Positions 55,401 through 64,000 of a stretch of DNA of 64,000 nt are shown here, in pieces (position 1 is the stretch's first letter; every line of letters begins with the position of its first letter). Under the pieces are notes generated by a model. The model made no database searches, had not been told where the DNA came from, and saw nothing but the letters and a program-made list of their open reading frames with translations. Both the position numbers and the translations under genes were made by a program. The stretch comes from Balanoglossus misakiensis (Eukaryota > Animalia > Hemichordata). The stretch covers positions 1,720,303-1,784,302 of the forward strand of contig CM082582.2 of assembly GCA_040954595.2 (NCBI GenBank). The letters run 5' to 3'.

Positions 55401-58400
55401 CATATCCAAGTAGATCAAGGGTCATTGCCAAAATTATCAAAATATTTGGGTTATGTCCTGGCAGCAATAAAACTCATGTGAACAAAATCATGACAGTTGT
55501 GCTTTTTAACAAGAGACATATCCAAGAAGATCAAGGGTCATTGCCAAACTTAACAAAATATTTGGGTTATGTCCTGACAGCAATAGAATTCATGTGAACA
55601 AAATCATGTATGTTGTGCATTTTAACAAGAGACATATCCAAGTAGATGAAGAGTCATTGCCAAAATTATCAAAATAGTTTGGTTATGTCCTGCCAGCAAT
55701 AGTACTCATGTGAACAAAATCCTGACTGTTGTGCTTTTTAACAAGAGACATATCAAAGTAGATCAAGAGTCATTGCCAAAATTATCAAAATATTTTGGTT
55801 ATGTCCTGGAAGCAATAAAACTCATGTGAACAAAATCCTGACTGTTGTGCTTTTTAACAAGAGACATATCCAAGTAGATCAAGGGTCATTGCCAAAATTA
55901 TCAAAATATTTGGGTTATGTCCTGACAGCAATAAAACTCATGTGAACAAAATCATGACTGTTGTGCTTTTTAAGAAGAGACATATCCAAGAAGATCAAGG
56001 GTCATTGCCAAAATTATCAAAATATTTGGGTTATGTCCTGGCAGCAATAAAACTCGTGTGAACACAATCATGACTGTTGTGCTTTTTAACAAGAGACATA
56101 TCCAAGTAGATCAAGGGTCATTGCCAAAATTATCAAAATATTTGGGTTATGTCCTGGCAGCGATAAAACTCATGTGAACAAAATCAAGACTGTTGTGTAT
56201 TTTAACAAGAGACATATCCAAGTAGATCAAGGGTCATTGCCAAAATTATCAATATATTTGGGTTATGTCCTGGCAGTGATAAAACTCATGTGAACAAAAT
56301 CCTGACTGTTGTGCTTTTTAACAAGAGACATATCCAAGTAGATCAAGGGTCATTGCCAAAATTATCAAAATATTTGGGTTATGTCCTGGCAGCAATAAAA
56401 CTCATGTGAACAAAATCATGACAGTTGTGCTTTTTAACAAGAGACATATCCAAGAAGATCAAGGGTCATTGCCAAGCTTAACAAAATATTTGGGTTATGT
56501 CCTGGCAGCAATAAAACTCATGTGAACAAAATCAAGACTGTTGTGTATTTTAACAAGAGACATATCCAAGTAGATCAAGGGTCATTGCCAAAATTATCAA
56601 TATATTTGGGTTATGTCCTGGCAGTGATAAAACTCATGTGAACAAAATCAAGACTGTTGTGCTTTTTAACAAGAGACATATCCAAGTAGATCAAGAGTCA
56701 TTGCCAAAATTATCAAAATATTTTTGTTATGTCCTGGCAGCGATAAAACTCATGTGAACAAAATCAAGACTGTTGTGCTTTTTAACAAGAGACATATCCA
56801 AGTAGATCAAGGGTCATTGCCAAAATTATCAAAATATTTGGGTTATGTCCTGGCAGCGACAAAACTCAAGTGGACACAATCATGACTGTTGTGCTTTTTA
56901 ACAAGAGACATATCCAAGTACAATTCAGTTCTAACAAATCTGAATCAAAGGACATGTGAAATTTGCCAAAAAATGTAAAGTATTCTATTCATATGGTGAC
57001 TCATATCAATAAAATGAATTTGCGTGCTTTCAATGAGTAGGCTAGAAATAGGAAATCTTCGTTTTTAATCAGAGTTCAGAAAATCCAATTTGGCTCGAAT
57101 AAGGTTAAAGCAATCACAATACACTTGAAAGCTTGATTAAAAAAAGACTTTGGAAATTTTTCATGACATTTTTCAAAAATCCATAATGAATCCAAATTCG
57201 CATGACCACTAACAATATTATTGAAACAAATTGGAAGGGACAGTAAATTAGAACTTGATTGGCCCTGTAGTTTTGAAAAAAATGTCAACTTTTAGAGGTT
57301 ATCAGAAAATTCAATATAGCCACCATGAAGAAGACAATTAAAGGAACATGCAGCATTACAGGTGCCAAAGCAGTTAGCATGGTTCCAACAGAAAGCAAGC
57401 TCTGTATCTGTTTTGGATGGCTAGAAATGGTAAGTAAGCCAGAGGTCACGCAAAATTGTGCCAACAAAATCTGATATCAAACTGATCAGTGTTCAACAAG
57501 AACCAAAGTTCTAAGCTCTATTGGTTAACTTTAAATAGGATAAGTACATAAGTATTGTGTTAAAGATTAATACTTCTTTAGATGTTCCAGTCCCCTAAAT
57601 TTGAAAGCTGTATCTGCTGTGCATGGCAAGTTATGGGAAAGTAGATCATTGCCAGAATTATAAAAATAGTTTGGTTATGTCCTGGCAGCAATAGTTCTCA
57701 TGTGAACAAAATCATGACTGTTGTGCTTTTTAACAAGAGGCATATCCACATAAAATTAAGTTCTAGAATTACTGAATCAAAGGACATGTGAGAGTGGCCA
57801 ATAAATTGTTTAATCAAATTCTGAAAAACAACTGGATCAAAGAACATGTGAAAGTTGCCAAAAATTTAACGTATTCTAGTCATATGGTGACTCGTATCAA
57901 TAAAATTAATTTGTGTGCTATCAATGAGTAGGCTAGAAATAGGAAATCTTTGTTTTTCATCGGTGTTCAGAAAATACAATTTGGCTCGAATAAGGTTAAA
58001 GCAATCACAATTCACTTGAAAGCTTGATTAAAAAAAGACTTTGGAAATTTTTCATGAGATTTTTCAAAAATCCATAATGAATCCAAATTCGCATGACCAC
58101 TAACAATATTATTGAAAAAAATTGGAACGGACAGTAAATTAGAACTTGGTTGGCCTTGTAATTTTTGAAAAAAAATGTCAACTTTTAAAGGTTATCCAAA
58201 AATCAAATATGGCCGCCATGAAGAAGACCCAACTATAAGCAGCATTGGAGGAGCCAAAGTGGTTAGCATGGTTCCAACAGAAAGCAAAGGCTGGATTTGT
58301 TATGGGTGCTGAGAAATGGTAAGTAAGCCAGAGTTCACGCAAAGTTGGGCCAACAAATTTTGATATCAAACTGATCAGTGTCCAGCAAAAACCAGACTTC

Positions 58401-58660
58401 TAAGATCTATTGGGTAACTTTAAATAGCTTATGTACATAATTATTGTGTTAAAGTTAATACATGTACTTCATTAGGTGTTCCAGTCCTCCAAATTTGAAG
58501 GCTGTATCTGCTGTACATGCCAAGGCATGGGATAGTAGTTCAAAGGTCATTGCCAAAATTATCAAAATATTTGGGTTATGTCCTGGCAGCAATCAAACTC
58601 GTGTGAACAAAATCGTGACTGTTGTGCATTTTAACAAGATGCATATCTATGTATAATTAA
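40490..58660. repeat. Tandem ~0.9-kb macro-unit (5 copies plus a partial), each full copy containing the satellite-C monomer
   Basis: Landmark AATGAGTAGGC(T/C)AGAAATAGG at ~41005, 42050, 42358, 57032 and 57923. CATGAAGAAGAC...GTTAGCATGGTTCCAACAGAAAG occurs in four units. Spurious ORF pairs 41257/42612 and 41545/42900. Confidence 0.9.
42973..56920. repeat. Satellite C: ~120 homogeneous 116-bp monomers
   Basis: AGATCAAGGGTCATTGCCAAAATTATCAAAATATTTGGGTTATGTCCTGGCAGCAATAAAACTCATGTGAACACAATCATGACTGTTGTGCTTTTTAACAAGAGACATATCCAAGT, period 116 (43321 to 43437). Confidence 0.98.
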
Positions 58661-58865
58661 CTTCTTAAAACATAGCGTATAGGATACTGTTGTGCCATTT
58701 GGGGATTACACAGATTTTAGGTATTCGCCAGAATTAAAATCACGGGCGACATTGGCAAGCATATATGGCAAAAATATTCAAATACTATGGAAACATAAAA
58801 AAATTCACTATGCCCAATCAAGTGTTATGTGTCACTGCAATCCTACAAGCAGCACTAAAAAAACA

Positions 58866-59416
58866 GATTTTTGTCCAAAAACTGTCTGTAAAATACATGC
58901 GAGTATGACAAGCTAATTAGTCCAATCAGACAGAGGCATTCACTGACCTACCACCAGTTTATAATAAAATAACCGGTGGTCTCTGTAACAGCTGGACCAC
59001 AGCTGATTTTTGTCCAAAAACTGTCTGTAAAATTCATGCGAGTATGACAAGCTAATTAGTCCTATCAGACAGAGGCATTCACTGACCTACCACCAGTTAA
59101 TAATAAAATAGCCGGTGGTCTCTGTAACAGCTGGACCACAACTGATTTTTGTCCAAAAACTGTCTGTAAAATACATGCGAGTATGACAAGCTAATTAGTC
59201 CAATCAGACAGAGGCATTTACTGACCTACCACCAGTTTATAATAAATAGCCGGAGGTCTCTGTAACAGCTGGACCACAGCTGATTGTTGTCCAAAAACTG
59301 TCTGTAAAAATACATGCGAGTATGACAAGCTAATTAGTCCAATCAGACAGAGGCATTCACTGACCTACCACCAGTTTATAATAAAATAGCCAGTGGTCTC
59401 TGTAACAGCTGGACCA
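58866..59416. repeat. 4 x 139-bp tandem repeat
   Basis: GATTTTTGTCCAAAAACTGTCTGTAAAATACATGCGAG... starts at 58866, 59005, 59144 and 59282. Confidence 0.95.
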
Positions 59417-61199
59417 GTAAAATTATATAAGGCTGTTTATTTTACTGATAAAAAATGTTTATAGGTCTTTGTAGGTTATAATAAAGAAAATTATCAAAAT
59501 CGGTTCACCAGTTTTCAAGGTACAAAAGCATCAAAAAATACTGATATTCTCAAGTATCTTCAACATTTTTCAAAAGATTATGCACGATTCACAGAAGAAT
59601 ACTTCTTTCAGTTTTACAGGAGATCATCTAAACTTGTAAAGAAAATCTCTCTATTTTTTGCATGGCACCATGGGAAATATGAAATTTTGCAATGTTTGAT
59701 GTTCCGTGTCTCAATCATAGTTGATCTAATTGTAACGAAATATAACGAAATGTAACGAATATATTACAATATATGTGCAGATACAGATAGTGACTTAAGT
59801 GTTTGATATCTGGATTATAATTTAAATTCCCAGGCGCTCAAAAAAGGAAAAACCTAGCATTTTACCATTGCAAATGGGCGGCCATATTGGATTGATATTT
59901 CACTAGATGGCAATGTTTATTTATACACTGCAATTTGCTGAAAATCAGTTCAATCACTGTAGCGAGCGGAGATATTTAAATTCTTGTGTATTTTGAGCAA
60001 TAATACTACTACCAAAAAATATTGTATACAGTTACTTCTGGACAGCAAAAATTGCCATCATTCAAGTCAAACTCTCAGATCGGCCCTTTTGCTTGCCTGT
60101 GTTGAGCAGATATCAAAAGTGGAGAAAGTTGGATAGTGTAATTTCTACATGTATTTGTACTTTCCTTGTAGTCTATTAACATTTACACGATTTTCATATT
60201 AATTTTGGTATGATATGCATGGAAAGACTGGCTGGCTATAAATCATAAAAATGAACGTCCTTGCACCATACAGTTTTTACTGCATACACATGTAGTTTAA
60301 GCTAACTGTGTCTTTCATGTATTCCACTTTTCTGCTTTCCTTGCTGGCTTTCTTCATTTATTTTCTGACTGTATCTTTGTAAAATTACTGATTTTTTTTA
60401 TCTGGTAATTCAATTTCTGGCTGAAATAAATGTACTAGAGCTGGTAAGGTTTCCTGAACATTAATCCCTGTATCTTGAAGGCAGGTGTGCAAGTTCATAT
60501 AAAGTTCATTGGTTAAAGGAATATTATGAGCTGATAAATCTTCTAAGCTCTTCTTTCTGGCTAGAAGGTCTGCTATATTATTGAATACTCTTTATGCTAC
60601 TTCCATAATGTTGCCTGTGCAAATTAACAATCAAAATATCCACTTGCTAGACAATTGTAAGACAAACATTTTTGTTGGGTAATTACAGAATAATTATTTT
60701 AATTCCATGCATACTCTACCTAAACGCAAATTAGAATATATAACTGAAATTATAATTATACACAGGTCTATGAAATGCAAAGAAAATGTATTCCTAGGAA
60801 AGAACACCCATGGGCATTCAGCTCTAAGCAGATAACATCAGTCACTTTGAAGACATGTCACTTCCCAGACTTGACTAAACAAACTTCCAACCCTGAAGTG
60901 AAACACATCTCCGAGTTGCATACACAATATGATCATATACTGTTAGATATTTATAATGGTTTAAGTGAAAACAAATTAGGAGATGTAAACACCCCTGCCA
61001 TTTATTCAGTGCCATATAATGCTGCCATTATGCACATATTGACTCTAGCCACTTTCCCAGTGGGAGGAAAAAGACTTTAATGGACACCAAGCGGGAAGAA
61101 ACGAAAGTTACTCAGTTTTTGGCATTTCATTTTTATTTGTGAGATCGAGAAATTAAAATATGACAAGTTTAGAAAATAATCTGATTACACAGTATGTCC

Positions 61200-62095
61200 C
61201 AGTTCGTATGGCGGCCATATTGGATTCTGAACTCTCTAGTAATATAAACATATAGTGTACTTGGCGAGTCTCAGTATAGGGAAATCAACACAATCAGACA
61301 CAACTTGGGTTACCCATTGCAATAATCCTATCAAATTTCAAAGCAATCCCATATGCAGTTTCAGAAAAATCAGTATTTTCACCAAAATTGTACAATATCT
61401 TACGTCAATCGCTTCAGGGAACATGCCTACCAAAGCTCAAGGCAATCTGACAATCAGTTTGAAAGAAAATAATTTTTAATGAAAAATTCCAAAACTATCA
61501 CACACAAAACGCAAATGTGCAAATTTCAAGTATTTTTCTAAAACATCTCACTTAATTATTCCCAAGGAACAACCCTGCAAAATTTGAAAGCAATCTGACA
61601 AGCAGTTTTAGATAAAACAATTTTTGACCAAAAAAGACAAAAAAAATCTACAAAATTATAAATATGCACATTTTTCATCAACCAGGTTTTCATCAAATGG
61701 GACCATATATCCAAATGTATGCTTCAAAGCAACACGACTCTTGGAGAAAAAAATGCTTGTCACCCTGGTCAAAAATTTGGTTTTACTAAAACATCAAATC
61801 GGTTATCTCTCAAAGCTAAAAGGGTTATCACCAAACAGATTACAATTTTCTTTACTTGTGGTGGTTCTGGTTTTATCGGTTTGCCCAATAAAAATTAGGA
61901 TAATTGTTTAAGTATGCCAACAGTGAGGTGGAAATCACACCAGAAAAACGAAAATACGCCAACAACATGTAAACAGTAAAATGTTACGAAAAAACAAACA
62001 GAAAAGCGAAAATACACCAACCACGTTTAAACCGTAAAATTAAAAAAAATGCAAACACTGGCTCTACGTGCGCTTAGGCAAGAGGCCTAGCAATA
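61200..62095. mobile_element. Old non-autonomous element(s) with degenerate internal core repeats
   Basis: GGCGGCCATATTGGA (also at ~59877), three decayed AAATTT.AAAGCAATC...CAGTTT blocks at 61330-61620, and a terminal hairpin TAGGC-AAGAG-GCCTA near 62075-62090. Confidence 0.35.
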
Positions 62096-64000
62096 AAATT
62101 CTCACAGAGTATAGCCCTATGAATATGACTAGACTTTCTCGATTATGACCTCAGGGTCAGCAGCGAAGCCATACACAGAATGGCCGAGAGGCATGGCTAG
62201 CTGCACGCCCGTAGCTCGGATTTTTTTCTGGAATAAGACCTACTTCTGTTCAACTACAAGGTGTTGAACGGATAGCTGCAAATCACCTAATACCAGACAA
62301 AACAATCGAGCGACGGTAACGTAGCTATATAGGCTATGGTACTAAAAGCAATGACTGGATTATGAGCCTACCGAAAAGACGTCTTGATCCCGCGGCAGTA
62401 AGAAGGAAAGTGATTGAAACCCGACGTCGCACACCGGAAACGGGTCAATGATCACCTGTTGTTATGGAGAGTGGGACTTGTTACCCAATCACAGACCAAA
62501 GTTAGCATTACGACACACTAATGAATATGCATACATGCTATAGCTGCATGTTTTATTATTTTAGAACGCACTGGAACATGCTCGCATTCGAAGGAATATT
62601 CCATTTGTATATGCAAATAGCAAACCTATGTTCTCGAGTGTGAGTGCACCATTGTCTCAGGGGGGTGGCTCACGTCCCAAAGAACAGGGGGTAATTTTCT
62701 ACCACAGCCGCGCATTTCAAACCGAGCAAGCAAACTGCTAACTACCGTTGTCTGGGCAACATTTTGATGTGCGTTAAGTTTTGCACTTATTGGACTTTGA
62801 GGAAACAGACCTATAATACTTCCTAATGTGGTTCTCTTTCTGGGTCATTTTGTCAGTCCAACCACGATCCACGAGATCGTAAACTGCTTGGATTAGGGCG
62901 CGTTAGGAAGCTGCAGCTGCGGCCGCAGGTCAAGTCGGTGTGTTTTGTATTTAACAAACATGGTAAATGTGTTCGGCACAGCAACATGCTCGCTCTACCC
63001 ACAGCCACTGTGCTGTACCGTACTGTCGATCGTTTCCATGTCAGTTTCACGCTCGCTCTTTATAATGCCCTTATCACGCCTCCCGTATTGTGTTCATGAT
63101 ATGACAGTCCCACTAATCTGACAACACTCGCTTTTATTATGTCAATTTGTCCCGTTCGCTAGCACTGCGTACAGGCCTGCATTCACCATTAACAGACTAT
63201 CCCGTTCGCCAACTTTACTGAACTGCAAAGTGAAGAATCGGTTTGCGTCTTGGCCGAATCGACCGGGGTCATGGAAATTAAAGGCCCAACCGAGAAGATT
63301 AAGTGCCGTTCCCGAAGTAACGACCAACCAATGTTTACAGAGAAATCAGATGATGTCACATAACGGAGTTCTTATCCTGTCGGGATGCGTTTACCTCGGA
63401 ATCGGCGAAGTTTTTTTGTCGTCGAGTTTGATTTCATGGACGATGCAGTCTAGATATTTGATGATCCATAATTGATATATTTTTTTATTTTTTTTTTTTG
63501 GGGGGGGGGGAGGTCCTGGTGTCGATAAATCGAGGCAGAAGAAATGTGCCGACAGCGCAAATTGCCGTTTTTTCGCTCTGTTTCGTCGATTTTCACAACT
63601 TCAAACTAATTAAACTTTGCTCCGCGTTGGCCGAGAGGTCTTAAATTTTACCCATCCAACAAACAACAAAACAAAAGTTTGTAGTCAATAAAGTGTTCCT
63701 AGAGCGAATAAACATTGATTCAATTCAATCCAAGTCATCATGAATTTGATCAAATTTTCTAAACATAGACAGATCAAGAGTCCAACACTGTCCATGCACC
63801 AAATTGAACAGCTGGTCGCGGAGATAAAATGTTTTGTTGTATATTTAGGGGTCCGTATTTTGACTCGTTGCTTTGCAACTCGTCAAAATACGGACATCAC
63901 GAGAATGCGTCGCGTTATCGACCAAAATTCGTGTAATAACCCCTTTATCACACATGCCTACCTATAAAACAGTACGATTTGCGAAAATGCGCCGAGAAAA

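Noticed and set aside
42973-56920. CRISPR-like regular array
   Set aside because: Monomers are repeated end to end with no unique spacers, there are no cas genes, and the context is eukaryotic.
1-58660. Dozens of 60-130 aa ORFs within satellites A, B, C and the macro-unit
   Set aside because: They are translations of tandem repeats, with low complexity and frames broken between copies; useful only as period markers.
62178-63650. TGGCCGAGAGG A-box-like motifs (~62181, ~63628) as tRNAs; octamer as an snRNA promoter
   Set aside because: No B box or cloverleaf follows, and no recognisable snRNA sequence lies nearby.

Overview
Gene-free, AT-rich eukaryotic heterochromatin-like window, probably from an invertebrate animal (inferred from the repeat types; the species cannot be identified). 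About 55% of it is three unrelated satellite arrays: A (1-4096, ~77+28 bp units, 987-bp higher-order repeat), B (~21980-37975, ~192-196 bp monomers with several higher-order periods) and C (42973-56920, ~120 x 116 bp). Between A and B lies a nest of mobile-element remains: a truncated, frameshifted Gmr1-type Ty3/Gypsy retrotransposon (Gag with SCAN-like capsid, then PR-IN-RT; tRNA-Pro PBS; one LTR), a LINE fragment, a tRNA-derived SINE, TTAA-targeting MITEs, a Helentron/DINE-like element and several local duplications. The most informative pattern is that the origins of two satellites can be read from the sequence. Satellite C is one 116-bp sub-repeat of a ~0.9-kb tandem unit, present 1, 3, ~120, 1 and 1 times in successive units. 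The left junction of satellite B is present in three states: uninterrupted SINE, part of one monomer, and the full array. I found no intact host gene, rRNA, tRNA or CRISPR array and no clearly new enzymatic system. All comparisons were made by eye, so boundaries are approximate unless a terminal motif fixes them.
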